This document shows, one piece after another, positions 27,905 to 38,394 of a stretch of DNA of 64,000 nt. Under the pieces are notes generated by a model. That model was not told the origin of the DNA. It saw nothing but the letters and a program-made list of their open reading frames with translations, and did no database searches. The translations under genes were made by a program, and so were the position numbers. Position 1 is the first letter of the stretch. Each line of letters begins with the position of its first letter. This DNA is from Elainellaceae cyanobacterium (GTDB lineage: Bacteria; Cyanobacteriota; Cyanobacteriia; CAKZMO01): the NCBI GenBank assembly GCA_050331115.1, contig JBHJHD010000011.1, positions 9,034 through 73,033 on the forward strand, in the 5' to 3' direction.

Positions 27905-30103
27905 TTACGCCTCAGGTAAGATTTCGGCCCGCAGATACTTTAGCCCGGTGACGCCCTGGAGCTGCTCTACCGTACCGTCTTCCACGGCGGCTTCAATCCA
28001 GCCTTCCCGCATCAGATAGCGCAGATATTCCTCGTACTGCCGCCGCTCGCTGCCTGTGGAATAGACCACCGTAAGCGCCCCGGGCTGAGTGATGCGCGCC
28101 CCCGTCGCCTTATCCACGGCTTTGTCAATGCGCTTTTTCACAATCTCGTAGCGGGTATCCCGGGTGCCCCGCACCTCGAAAGGGCGATCGGTGCGCTCAT
28201 CGTGGAAAATATCCACCGTCAGATCCTGCACCAAAACCAGGTGAGTCATCTCCAAGTCGGTGTCAAACTCAGCTTGAATTTGAAAGGCTCGCCGGGCGCA
28301 GCGGCAGATGCCCCGCAGCTGATCGTAGCGCAGGCTGCGCAGGTGAAACGGCGAGAAGCTCGCGTTGATCGATTGGCCCGCGTAGATCATGTGGTCGATG
28401 CCGTCGGTGGTCTCCACATCGCAGTAGTGGGGAATGATGGCCTGCATCTTTACTTGACAGTCGTCCCACACTTGGCGGAGCTGGGTGTTGAACTGGCTGA
28501 GCAAGGCATCGAAGCGATCGCGGGCGGCGTGGACGGTGCCCTGCTCGTCGCTGCAGGCCTCTCGGTAGGCTAAGACCGCCTGCCGCGTCACGTCCCCACA
28601 CTGGGCGAAGTAATCGAAGTTAGTCTCAACGTAGTCCCGTAGGTACTGAGCCGCCGTCACTTCGGTATCTACGGTGACGCCTTTGCGTAGCTCCGTCACC
28701 CTCGCCAGCAGATCTAGCCGCATCTGCTCGCACAGGGCGTGTCCTTCAGCCGCGTAGGCCGCCTCTAACACCGCGATCGCCAGCTCGAATTGGGTCAGCA
28801 GATCTTCCTGAATGGCGCGGTTGCGCTCGTGGGAGGAGCCGCGAATATCGGAGGCCCCATAGAGCGGATAGACGCTGGTAAACGCAATAGCCTCCGACGG
28901 CAGCCCCCAGCTGCGGCGCTCGGCCTCCTGGGCAAAGCGCCACTCCACGGCAGCGTGAATCTTGCTGGTAAACTGCCGCTGCTGCATCTGCCGCAGGGCG
29001 TTGGTGAGCGCCATAGTAAACGAGGGGATGAGCTGCTCGGCGTACTTGCGGTCTACGCCGTCGAAGTGGTGCACCTCGTTGCTGAGCACAACGACGGTGC
29101 CGATAGGGTTGCGCACGGACTTGCCGGCGACGGTGGTCTTGGCAATCAGCGGCATGAGCAGCAGCGACCGGGTGCCCATGGCGAGCATTCTGTTGCCTTC
29201 GGTGATTGCCGCCTGGGCCAGGTCCGGGACGCTGACCACCTGAGCCGTCTCAATCGCCTGGACGATGGGCTGCCCCTTGAGGGAGTCTAGAGCGTACTCC
29301 GCAGCGTCAATTTCTGCGCTGATAGAGCCGCTAAAGATCCGCATGACGTTGTCATCAATGCCGGCAATAATGGTGTTCTGGGCTCGAAACAGCTGGCACA
29401 TCTGCTTATTGAGCTTTTCAAAGGCGGCGCTGCCGGTAATCGAGTCGCGGTTGACCAAGAGCTGGGTGATGCGGCGAATGGTTTCCCGCGTGGTAACGTC
29501 GACGCCTTCGAGGGCGATCGCTCCCTTAAGCGCGTAGTCGCTCGGCTCGATTTGGTTCACTAAGCGGTCGAGCCACTGGGGGTCGTTGGCCAAGGCTCGC
29601 TGCTCATCGAGGCTCAACCGCTCAAGATTTAGCGCCTCTAGGAAAGGGGTCTGGGCCGCGTCAACCCGCAGTCCATGGGGGCACAGCCCAAACTGGACAT
29701 AGCGCGGGCTCTGGTAGAGCGGACTGGAGATTTTGGCGAGCACGGGCTGATGAAGCGATCGCAGGGGGGCGGCAAACCGGTAGCGCTGCACCAGCAACAC
29801 CCGGAGAATTTGCGCCTTGACCAGCCAGGCCAGTGCGCTCAAGCTTGACTCAGGCAGCTGCTTCAGGTCTGAGAGTACGGTGTCTCTAGGGGCAATATCT
29901 TCGATATTGACGCCTAAGAACTGCTGAAAGTAGCGGTTAGTAGCGCTGATGGCGCCCGTTTTTGGGTTGATGAACGCAACCAGCAGCTCGTTAGGCACTA
30001 CGTCACAGACGCCGTCACGATGGCCTGACGCGTGGGACGGCTTTTGTTGAGAAGAAATCAGCTCGGCGACGGAAACCCGGTTTTTGGAAGAGCAGGCAGT
30101 CAT
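27905..30103 (-). CDS. GAF-domain protein with an uncharacterised C-terminal region
   Basis: GAF-like segment (RSLLLMPL..PIGTVVVLS) and C-terminal PLYGASDIRGSS, YEIVKKRIDKA, EQLQGVTGLK. Confidence 0.75.
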   Translation of the reverse strand: MTACSSKNRVSVAELISSQQKPSHASGHRDGVCDVVPNELLVAFINPKTGAISATNRYFQQFLGVNIEDIAPRDTVLSDLKQLPESSLSALAWLVKAQILRVLLVQRYRFAAPLRSLHQPVLAKISSPLYQSPRYVQFGLCPHGLRVDAAQTPFLEALNLERLSLDEQRALANDPQWLDRLVNQIEPSDYALKGAIALEGVDVTTRETIRRITQLLVNRDSITGSAAFEKLNKQMCQLFRAQNTIIAGIDDNVMRIFSGSISAEIDAAEYALDSLKGQPIVQAIETAQVVSVPDLAQAAITEGNRMLAMGTRSLLLMPLIAKTTVAGKSVRNPIGTVVVLSNEVHHFDGVDRKYAEQLIPSFTMALTNALRQMQQRQFTSKIHAAVEWRFAQEAERRSWGLPSEAIAFTSVYPLYGASDIRGSSHERNRAIQEDLLTQFELAIAVLEAAYAAEGHALCEQMRLDLLARVTELRKGVTVDTEVTAAQYLRDYVETNFDYFAQCGDVTRQAVLAYREACSDEQGTVHAARDRFDALLSQFNTQLRQVWDDCQVKMQAIIPHYCDVETTDGIDHMIYAGQSINASFSPFHLRSLRYDQLRGICRCARRAFQIQAEFDTDLEMTHLVLVQDLTVDIFHDERTDRPFEVRGTRDTRYEIVKKRIDKAVDKATGARITQPGALTVVYSTGSERRQYEEYLRYLMREGWIEAAVEDGTVEQLQGVTGLKYLRAEILPEA

Positions 30104-30443
30104 AGTGACGTCCAGGGGCGGTGGGGAGATTAGCTCATACGTTCATGTACTTAGATTTACGCAATACCCTATCTAACGTTTTAAGATTTCCTTAGGCTTT
30201 ACCGAAGATTTGAGAACCCAAAGCCTAGATATAGGGAGAAAAATAGGCCCTGGTCCCAGGCCAATTGACGCTCACCCGATCGGCCTATGGCGGCGGAGTG
30301 ATTTAGAAATTTTGGCGTCGCGCCGTTCAAATATATGCGGCAGTGTGCTAGCTTAGTAAAGCTTCAAAAATTTCAGCCGATGCGGATGGCGATCGCTCTC
30401 AAGGCTAGCCTCCGACTATCGCGTTTTGACACCATCATATTTT

Positions 30444-30516
30444 GGCTCAGTAGCTCAGTGGTTAGAGCAGGGGACTCATAAGCCCAAGGTCGCAGGTTCA
30501 AATCCCGCCTGAGCCA
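30444..30516 (+). tRNA. trnM: tRNA-Met(CAT), elongator type
   Basis: GGCTCAG/CTGAGCC acceptor stem, D-arm AGCTCAGTGGTTAGAGC, anticodon loop CTCATAA and T-loop GGTTCAAATC. CCA is not encoded. Confidence 0.95.
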
Positions 30517-30545
30517 TTCAATCTATATAGGTTCAATCCGCTTTC

Positions 30546-30980
30546 TCAAATTGCCCGGTTTGTCTCAAGCCAGTAGCTCTTAAAGCTGCTGATGCTGGCG
30601 TAGAACTGTGTTGTGCTTACTGGCTTGACCATATAGCCATTGGCACCGTTGACGTAGGCGAACTCAATATCCTTAGGGTTGGACGACGTCGAGAACACGA
30701 CAATGGGAATGCGCTTTAGAACGTCATTCTGCTTGACCTGAACGATAAACTCCCGGCCGTCAGTTCCGGGAAGGTTGAGGTCAAGTAGGATAATCATGGG
30801 CTCAGGAGACGCTCCATCCTGATATGCCTCTTGAAGAAACGCTAGCGTATCGTCTGCGTTCTCAAATCGGCGAATGCGGTTGGGAATTTTGAGCTTAATG
30901 AGCGATCGCCTAAGCGCGGCGTAATCTGCGTCACTATCCTCAACCACAATGAGCTGAGAGTTCTCAGAGAAGGCAGCCAT
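30546..30980 (-). CDS. Phytochrome-associated single-domain response regulator (Rcp type)
   Basis: VEDS, LLDLNLPG.DG, IPIVVFSTS and KP motifs; directly downstream of the phytochrome gene. Confidence 0.9.
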   Translation of the reverse strand: MAAFSENSQLIVVEDSDADYAALRRSLIKLKIPNRIRRFENADDTLAFLQEAYQDGASPEPMIILLDLNLPGTDGREFIVQVKQNDVLKRIPIVVFSTSSNPKDIEFAYVNGANGYMVKPVSTTQFYASISSFKSYWLETNRAI

Positions 30981-31007
30981 ATCCAGATAATTATAAGATT
31001 CATTGCA

Positions 31008-33341
31008 TTATATCTGCGCTGGTAACGTAATGTAAAACGTACTCCCCTCTCCAGGGACTGATTTTAGGGCAATCGAGCCGCCGTGGCGCTCAATGATTCG
31101 TTTGACCAACGTCAGGCCAACGCCCGTTCCCCCTTTGTACTTTTTAGGGGAGTGGAGGCGCTTAAACAGCCTGAAGATATTGTTCTGGTGCTTTTCGGGA
31201 ATGCCGATGCCGTTATCTTTGACGTAGAACGTCACCGTCGGCTCCGCTTCGCTGGGTTGGTGAACATTGCCACCGTCCCACAGGCCAATCTCAATCCGCT
31301 TCTGCTTGTTCTCGTTGTATTTGATGGCGTTACTGACCAAGTTGGTAAACACCTCCATAATTTGGATAGAATCCCCCAGCACAATGGGGAGCGACGGCGC
31401 TATCTGTAGCTCAAGTTCGTCTTCTGAAGACTGCGTCTGGAATAGGTCAACTATCTCTTGAAGCAGTTCTGACGTGTTGACCGGCAGCTTAGCGATTTCA
31501 GCGCGGCCCAGCCGGGAGTAGTGCAGCAGGGAATTGATTAGGTTTTCCATCCGCTGGGTCAGCTTAGAGATCGCCTGGAGATGACTCAACCCTTCCTCAT
31601 CCAGCTGTTCGGCGTAGTCTTCTAGCAAAAAGCTAGAGTAGTTGTAGATGCCGCGCAAGGGCTCTTTTAAGTCGTGGGAAGCGGCGTAGGCGAAGGAATC
31701 TAGCTCATCGTTGCTGGTCATCAGCTGGCTGTTGAGTTCGGCTATGGCGTCAGCCTGCCGCAGTACGGTCCCCACGATGGCATTCTTTAACGCATATACG
31801 CCATCAATTTCGCAGGCCATCCAGAGTAAAGAGTTGCCGAAAACAGTCTCTTGCCAGCGCTCAAACGACTGGCGCGGAGAGAGATTTAAGCTGCCGTCGG
31901 CCATGATTTCGGCGGGCTTGTTGGGGTCCCCGGCCCAGGTTACCGACTGTATCACCTCAGGCCGGAACCAAAGAATGTAGTTCTTAGTGATGCGGGTCAC
32001 AGAAAGGGCAAGGAGTCCGCTGGCGATCGCCTTGTAGTCCTCCGCAGGAGGGTATAAGTCTGGCAGCTTCTCGGTGACCAGCACATCGTCTTGAATATTC
32101 TCGCCCACCCAGTCAATCAGCGCCTCGACCTGCTCCTCATAGGGAGTGACGCCAATTAGCGAAAGCCCGCCATCGGTGCAGATAGCGGCTCCCTGGGCGT
32201 TGACCATCTTCAGCAGCAGCTCGCCACTACTCACCAGGCTTTTCGCGAACGAATCTTCGCTGGCGAGGCGATCGATAAGCAGCGCCTGCACCTCCTTCAC
32301 GGTCATTTTGTACAGCAGGTCCTCGTTTTCCTCCTTTGCCGCTAGCTCTAGGGACATCGCCTGCCCCAAAAACTCACAGGAGGTCCGCACTTGGTAGGTG
32401 ACGTAGCGGGGGCTGTCGTGGTGGCAGGCGATCAGGCCCCAAAGCGCGCCGTTTTTAATCAAGGAAATCGACATAGAGGCCTCTACCCCCATGTTCTTGA
32501 GGTATTCGACGTGGAGCGGCGACACGCTGCGCAGCACCGAGTGGCTGAGGTCTAAGGGAACCGCCGCCTCACTGCCGCCTGTCCCCCGCTGGTCTGTTTC
32601 CCGCTGGCTTATTTCCCTTTGCCGCACCAAACCCACCGGCTCATAGTTGATGTCTGGGATCAGCCGCAGCCAGTTGAGCAGGTAGAGCCGCCGGGCCGGA
32701 GCTGGAATATCTGTCGAGGGGTAGCGCAGTCCTAGGAAGGGCTCAACCGCTTCTCCTCTGCTTTCGGCCTCTACGACGCCACTCCCATCCGCTTCAAACC
32801 GGTACACCATCACTCGGTCAAACCCGGTAATGCTGCGAACGTCGTTCACCACTATCTGGCAGAGGTCCTGCAGGGTTCGCGTCCGCTGCAGTTTGGTGAG
32901 GGTTGTTTTCACCAGGCGATAAAAGTCAAAAAAGCTGGTGGTTTCGACCGCAGGGACCTTTTCAAGCTCAAAAATGACGGTTCCGCCGTGGCGGTGGGCA
33001 ATACCGTCAAAGGTCAGCGCTGCCTCGGGAGCGTCAATAGCGACGGAAATTGGGTTTAGGCTTTCGAAGTCTCCGGAAAGGCAATGTCGAATTTCATCGG
33101 CGACTTCGGTCCCCACCAGGTCATCAATCGGCGTTCCCAAAAGGGTCTCAGGGCTTCGACCCAAAAGCGCACCCGCATTTTCGCTCACCTGAACAATTCG
33201 GTAATCGGGCTCTTCTAACACAAACAGAACGCCGTGGGGTTGAATAGCGCCAGGAATATGAACCTGTTCGCGATCGCAGTTAGTAAGGCTAACGTTCTGC
33301 GCGGTGATGACGTTGGAACGCTGTGGTGACGAGTCTGTCAT
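31008..33341 (-). CDS. Bacteriophytochrome-type PAS-GAF-PHY histidine kinase (CphB/BphB-like)
   Basis: N-terminal NCDREQVHIPG Cys, DIP motif, SPLH rather than CH in the GAF domain, PRQSF tongue, SHDLKEPL H-box and HATPase domain. Confidence 0.93.
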   Translation of the reverse strand: MTDSSPQRSNVITAQNVSLTNCDREQVHIPGAIQPHGVLFVLEEPDYRIVQVSENAGALLGRSPETLLGTPIDDLVGTEVADEIRHCLSGDFESLNPISVAIDAPEAALTFDGIAHRHGGTVIFELEKVPAVETTSFFDFYRLVKTTLTKLQRTRTLQDLCQIVVNDVRSITGFDRVMVYRFEADGSGVVEAESRGEAVEPFLGLRYPSTDIPAPARRLYLLNWLRLIPDINYEPVGLVRQREISQRETDQRGTGGSEAAVPLDLSHSVLRSVSPLHVEYLKNMGVEASMSISLIKNGALWGLIACHHDSPRYVTYQVRTSCEFLGQAMSLELAAKEENEDLLYKMTVKEVQALLIDRLASEDSFAKSLVSSGELLLKMVNAQGAAICTDGGLSLIGVTPYEEQVEALIDWVGENIQDDVLVTEKLPDLYPPAEDYKAIASGLLALSVTRITKNYILWFRPEVIQSVTWAGDPNKPAEIMADGSLNLSPRQSFERWQETVFGNSLLWMACEIDGVYALKNAIVGTVLRQADAIAELNSQLMTSNDELDSFAYAASHDLKEPLRGIYNYSSFLLEDYAEQLDEEGLSHLQAISKLTQRMENLINSLLHYSRLGRAEIAKLPVNTSELLQEIVDLFQTQSSEDELELQIAPSLPIVLGDSIQIMEVFTNLVSNAIKYNENKQKRIEIGLWDGGNVHQPSEAEPTVTFYVKDNGIGIPEKHQNNIFRLFKRLHSPKKYKGGTGVGLTLVKRIIERHGGSIALKSVPGEGSTFYITLPAQI

Positions 33342-33573
33342 AGATAGATAATCGACAACTTAGGAAATATGGGGACGCTGGAGAGGGTCGCCGCAGCCAG
33401 TGAGCTAGCGCAAACCCGACCGGGATTAGCAGGCTGCTGTGGCTCGCAGCGGAGTCGGAATGGCGCTAGGTCAAAAACCAGACACCTATTCTAGATCGAG
33501 TATTCCCAAGATGTCGCCTTGCCTAAGGCCATAGGGCCAAACAGCCCCCACAGATAGCCCTCACAGATAGCTC

Positions 33574-36500
33574 TCACAGGTAGCCCTCACAAATGGTGCG
33601 ATCGCTTTCAGCCACCTCGGTACTGTAGCGCAGGTAGCCGTTGAGCCAGCGGCAGCCGTCCATCAGCAGCTCGCTAAGGCTAGACTCGTTTTGCAGCGAC
33701 GGAGCCGGGCGACCGTTGAGGTTGAACTCAAACAGCGGCTCGACCCTATCTGAATGGCTCATCAGCACGGCCATATCCCAGCCCCGCACACAGCCTCCTT
33801 CTTCCACCACCACCAGCATCTCGCCGTCGACAGAGACCTTGGCGTAGCAAATAGGCGATCGCTGCGCTCTCAAAACCCGCATGGCGCTGCCGTCCCGGCG
33901 CCACAGGCGTACCGTACGGTCGGCGCTGTAGGACAAAATGCAGCGCCCGTCTGGCGTAAAGCGCACCCCCCGCACCCGCGCTTCGTGGCCGCGAAAAGTT
34001 TTCAGCAGCGTGCCGTGCCGATGCCAGAGCTTCACGGTACCGTCGGCGCTTGCGGAGGCAAACTGCTGTCCGCTGGGGCTAAACTGCACGTCTAAGACTC
34101 GGGCGTCGTGACCCTGCAGCGTTGCGATTGGGTCGCCGGCAGTCCGCCAGAGGTGCACCGTGCGCCCGCTAGCCGCCGCAATCTGATCGCCAGCAGGGCT
34201 CATGCTCACCCCCATGATGCGAGCGCCATGGCCGTAGAGAGAGGCCACTAGCGAGCCGTCTAGCCGCCACAGCCGCAGAATGCGATCGTTGCCGGCGGAG
34301 ATCAGCAGCTGGCCATCGGGGCTGAAGCTGACGTGACGTATGCCGTTGTAGTGCTCATCAAACACCTGCAGCAGCGAGCCGTCCCGTCGCCACAGCCGAA
34401 CGGTTTGGTCGTTACTTGCCGAGGCAATTAGAGTGCCGTCGGGGCTAGTGCTAACGCTGCGCACCAGGTCTTCATGGCCGTGGAAGGTGCGCACCAGCTC
34501 ACCGTTGAGCTGCCACAGCTTTACGGTGCCGTCTTCCCCAGCAGTGGCCAAATGCCTATCGGCGCTCAGGCTGGCGTCGAGTACCCGGTGGCGGTGGCCC
34601 TGATCCACATACAGCCCTAGCCCGTCCAGTCCCCACAGGCGAATGGTTCGGTCTTCCCCCGCGGTGGCCAGCCGCCGCCCGTCTAGGCTGAAGCCTAAAC
34701 CGTAGACCGAGCTGCCGTGTCCCCGAAACTGAACGATAGTTTGACCTTGAGTATCGCACAGCCGCACCGTGCGATCGGCGCTGGTGAGGGCAAGCAGCTG
34801 GTTGTCGGGGCTAAAGCAGACGCCGTAGCCCGTAGCGCCATGCTGGTGGAGGGTACTGATAAGAGCGCCGTCCGGAGTCCAGACCTTTACGGTGCCGTCT
34901 TCCCCGGTAGAGACCAACATCTGGCCGTCGACGCTGTAGGTGACGCTGAAGACGCGGCCCTCGTGGCCCTTGATCTCTGCAAGCAGCGTCCCTGAACAGT
35001 GCCAGAGGCGAATTTTTCCGCCGTCGCAGGCGGTGGCCAGCACGCTGCCGTCGGGGCTGAAGCTGACGTTATAGATGGCGACACCGCGCCGGAACACCCT
35101 CAAGGACTCTCCCCGAATATTCCACAAGCGCAGCACCCCGTCTTCTCCGCCGCTGGCCAGCGTGCTGCCGTCAGGACTAAAACAGACGCTAAAAATGCGA
35201 TCGCTATGGCCCTTGAGGGTCCGCACCGGCACCCCATCCCGCCGCCACAGCCGCACCGTGCGATCGGCGCTGACGGAGGCCAGCAGGGTGCCGTCAGGGC
35301 TAAACTTCACGCTATGCACCTGGTCACGGTGACCGGTACAGACCGTGACCGCTTCTCCCTCGGGGGTCCACAGCCGCACGGTGTGGTCTGCGCTAGCGGA
35401 CGCCAGGACCTGACCATCGGGGCTAAATTCGACGTCGAACACGGAGGCGGTATGGCCTGAGAAGCGGTTTACCTCTCGAATCTGGTTGAGGGTGTGCCAC
35501 AGCCGCTCCCGCGTCTGCCGCTGGATGGCGCTTACGACGGCGTCGCCTGCGACATGACTGGCTGTATTGATGCTGGCCGTGTTATTAGCCGTACTATTGG
35601 CTGCGCTGCTCGCTGTGGGCGTAAGCGCCAGGAGCTTGCGTCCGGCTTTGACGCTAGAGAGCAGCGCCCCGAGGTGGTCGTGGGAGAGCAGCAGCGCTTG
35701 GGACAGGGCGTTGAGCACCTTGATTTCCGCCAGCTCGGCGCGGCGGCGCTCCTGCTGTTCTTTATGGAGAGTCTGCTTGAGCTGGGCTTTGGTCTGCTTT
35801 AGCTCAGTGAGCAGCTCTGGGGTTTGCTCCTGGCGGATGAAGGGCACCAGGTAGTCGTGGACCAGCTGGTAGTAGCGGATAGAGGCGCTGGGCAGCTCAA
35901 ACACCAGACCCGCCCCGACCAGGATGCGTAGCACCGGAGCCAAGCGATCCTTATCGACCTCGGCTTCTTCCGCCAGTTCGGTGCGGGTTTTGAGGGGGCG
36001 GGTGCCCTGCTCTTCGGTGAGGAAGTAGAGGAGCTGCTTGGCTAACTGCTGATTTTCTGGACCACAGTTTTCTACCGCCGCATCCACGTACCGCCGCACC
36101 AGCTCGGTTTTCGGTCCGCGATCGCGGTAGGCCTGGAGCGTCGTAATGTCTTCTACCTGCATCTGTGCCCCCACGATCTGCAGCTCGATGGGGCTCACCT
36201 GATTGAGCTCCTGGGCTAGGTCGTCCACCAGCGCGTCGATCAGGTCGGGCTCTAGGGAGAAGGGGGTACGTTCGGTGAGCCGGTAGATTACCGATTTCGC
36301 CTCCTCCCGCGAGAAGTTGCCGATGTAGTAGAGAATCTGTTGGTCGAGAATGTTGTTGTTGACTACATCTAAGCTAATGAAGCGGGTGATCTCCAGCAGG
36401 GAGTGGAGATAATCTTCCCGCAGGGACAAAATTACCTTGACGTAAGGAATGTCGAGGCAGGCTTTCAAAAACAGGTAGAATTCCCGGCGCTGGTGGGGGC

Positions 36501-38394
36501 GCTTGCAGGCCGAGTAGAACTCCTCAAACTGATCGAAGATCACAACTGTGGTTAGGTTGCGCTCATCGTTGCCGGCCAGCTGCCCTAGGGTGCTCAACTC
36601 AGGCTCGTCCTCCAGGGGGATGCGCTGCTCCCCCAGCGCCTGGAGCAGCGCCTCATGAAGGTTCTCCCGCCAATCCGTGTAGACCTGCAGCAGCACCGGC
36701 AGCGTTTCCCGAGAGCCGATGGTGCTGCGCTCTAGGGTCGGGATCAGTCCGGCGACCAAAATTGAGCTTTTACCCACTCCGGACTGCCCATAGAGCACCG
36801 TCAGTCGGTTGTCGTTGCGCCCCAGACGGTTGACCAGACGGTCAATGTCGGCTTGCCGCCCCGACGCCGCCAGCTCATGCACTCCATAGCGAGTGGGGGG
36901 GTGGGCGATCGCTGGGTTGGTGACCGGCTGCTTGGGCTGCAGCCGCGTCGCCCCCAGAAAGGCCCGAAAGCCAAACTGATATTCGATGGAGCGGCGGTTC
37001 TGGCGAATCTTAAAGGCTTTGAGATACTGCTGCTGATGAAAGTAGACCCGGCGCAGCTGGTTGAGGATGCGGATATACAGCTCCGGGTCGTACTGGGGAT
37101 TAGTCTCCCGCCGCGCCTTTTCTAGGCTTTCGATGGCGGGCTGGGGCTTCTGCAGCGCCAGCAGCGCCCTGGCCTGAGCCAACAAATACCACCCCTGGTG
37201 AAAGGACCGCTCCCACGCCCGGTCGACCTTCTGCTCGTGGGTCAGGTCTGGCTCCGGCAATAAGGCCTGCTCTAGAGTCGCGATCGCCCGGTCTGCCACA
37301 GCTTTAGCCTCGTGCCAGTCTTCCTGGGCCAGGGCCACCTCGCTGAGGAACCCGTAGGCCCGCGCCAGCCGAAACGGCTGCCGATAGTAACGCTGCAGGG
37401 CCACGGCCCGCTGGGCCACCTGGTCGAGCTCGTCCCACCGCTTTAGCCGCTGCAGCACCTCGCCTAAGGCGTTGATGAACTTGGCCGTGCACTCTGGGTG
37501 GTGGGCGGCCTCAAAGACGCCGATGCAGCGCTGGAAGTAGCTCCGGGCTCGCTCACAGGAGCGCTTATGCTCCAGGCGGTTTTGCTCAGCCCAGGTGCGC
37601 CACAGCAGCCCCAAGCTATAGAGCAAGCAGCCCTGCCGCCGCCAGTCGTCCGTCTGCTGCCAAAAGTCTAGGCTGCGGCTGTAGCGCTCCTCAGCTTCTG
37701 AGAGCTTCTGGGTGGCGTAGGCCTCTCGCCCCAGCAAAAAGTCCAGACTGGCCTCTAGCTCAGGCTCTACCACCACCTGCCGCCGTCCTAAGTCCCGCAG
37801 CGCCGCCATCAGCTCCGCCTCGTAGCGGCTGCCGAAAATGTCGGTATTGCTCAAAAAAGGTCCTACCCCTGCCTTCAAAACCTGCTCAAAGAGCTGCTCT
37901 TCCCCGTGCTTTAGGGCGTCGAGAAGCTGGGCAGTGGCGGGCTGAAAATCGATGGTGGTGGCCCAGCTTTGAAAATCAGGCGCGAGCCGAATCATCTGCC
38001 GCAGTACGTCGTCGTTTACCCAAATGATTAGGGGGAAGGGGAAGCACTTACGAAATTCATCCCGCACCTGGTTCGCGGACTTCAACAGCTGGTCGAGGTG
38101 GGCTACCGACTCTAGCCCGGTCACCATCAGCGCCTGGGGCGAGCCGCTGTGGGCGATCGCCTCCTGAATTGCGGTCAGCACCGTATGGTCCCCAAGCTTC
38201 AGGTGCACCGTGCTCACCGGCAGAGGGGAGGCCCGGCAGATCCAGTCCACCATGGTGTGCTGCAGGTCGGCGTAGTTGCAGTGGGCCAGCACCAGAGAGA
38301 ACTCCTCCGGCGCTAAATCCACCACGCGCACAATCTTATTGACGGCCTGCCAATTGTGGCGATCAGCTTCCACTATAGACTCGAGGCTAGCCAT
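33574..38394 (-). CDS. NLR-like protein: N-terminal domain + TPR-like + nSTAND-type NTPase + ~14 WD40 repeats
   Basis: Walker A GQSGVGKSS, Walker B VVIFDQFEE, YQLVHDYLV and repeated GH...FSPDG...D.TVRLW. ATG 38394 has an AGGAGG RBS. Confidence 0.9.
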   Translation of the reverse strand: MASLESIVEADRHNWQAVNKIVRVVDLAPEEFSLVLAHCNYADLQHTMVDWICRASPLPVSTVHLKLGDHTVLTAIQEAIAHSGSPQALMVTGLESVAHLDQLLKSANQVRDEFRKCFPFPLIIWVNDDVLRQMIRLAPDFQSWATTIDFQPATAQLLDALKHGEEQLFEQVLKAGVGPFLSNTDIFGSRYEAELMAALRDLGRRQVVVEPELEASLDFLLGREAYATQKLSEAEERYSRSLDFWQQTDDWRRQGCLLYSLGLLWRTWAEQNRLEHKRSCERARSYFQRCIGVFEAAHHPECTAKFINALGEVLQRLKRWDELDQVAQRAVALQRYYRQPFRLARAYGFLSEVALAQEDWHEAKAVADRAIATLEQALLPEPDLTHEQKVDRAWERSFHQGWYLLAQARALLALQKPQPAIESLEKARRETNPQYDPELYIRILNQLRRVYFHQQQYLKAFKIRQNRRSIEYQFGFRAFLGATRLQPKQPVTNPAIAHPPTRYGVHELAASGRQADIDRLVNRLGRNDNRLTVLYGQSGVGKSSILVAGLIPTLERSTIGSRETLPVLLQVYTDWRENLHEALLQALGEQRIPLEDEPELSTLGQLAGNDERNLTTVVIFDQFEEFYSACKRPHQRREFYLFLKACLDIPYVKVILSLREDYLHSLLEITRFISLDVVNNNILDQQILYYIGNFSREEAKSVIYRLTERTPFSLEPDLIDALVDDLAQELNQVSPIELQIVGAQMQVEDITTLQAYRDRGPKTELVRRYVDAAVENCGPENQQLAKQLLYFLTEEQGTRPLKTRTELAEEAEVDKDRLAPVLRILVGAGLVFELPSASIRYYQLVHDYLVPFIRQEQTPELLTELKQTKAQLKQTLHKEQQERRRAELAEIKVLNALSQALLLSHDHLGALLSSVKAGRKLLALTPTASSAANSTANNTASINTASHVAGDAVVSAIQRQTRERLWHTLNQIREVNRFSGHTASVFDVEFSPDGQVLASASADHTVRLWTPEGEAVTVCTGHRDQVHSVKFSPDGTLLASVSADRTVRLWRRDGVPVRTLKGHSDRIFSVCFSPDGSTLASGGEDGVLRLWNIRGESLRVFRRGVAIYNVSFSPDGSVLATACDGGKIRLWHCSGTLLAEIKGHEGRVFSVTYSVDGQMLVSTGEDGTVKVWTPDGALISTLHQHGATGYGVCFSPDNQLLALTSADRTVRLCDTQGQTIVQFRGHGSSVYGLGFSLDGRRLATAGEDRTIRLWGLDGLGLYVDQGHRHRVLDASLSADRHLATAGEDGTVKLWQLNGELVRTFHGHEDLVRSVSTSPDGTLIASASNDQTVRLWRRDGSLLQVFDEHYNGIRHVSFSPDGQLLISAGNDRILRLWRLDGSLVASLYGHGARIMGVSMSPAGDQIAAASGRTVHLWRTAGDPIATLQGHDARVLDVQFSPSGQQFASASADGTVKLWHRHGTLLKTFRGHEARVRGVRFTPDGRCILSYSADRTVRLWRRDGSAMRVLRAQRSPICYAKVSVDGEMLVVVEEGGCVRGWDMAVLMSHSDRVEPLFEFNLNGRPAPSLQNESSLSELLMDGCRWLNGYLRYSTEVAESDRTICEGYL

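Noticed and set aside
30444-33574. Genomic island integrated at tRNA-Met (the rcp/phytochrome genes look somewhat AT-richer; AGGTTCAATCCGCT at ~30529 echoes the T-arm)
   Set aside because: There is no integrase and I found no distal att repeat. The echo is short, degenerate and fits the general local-duplication pattern.
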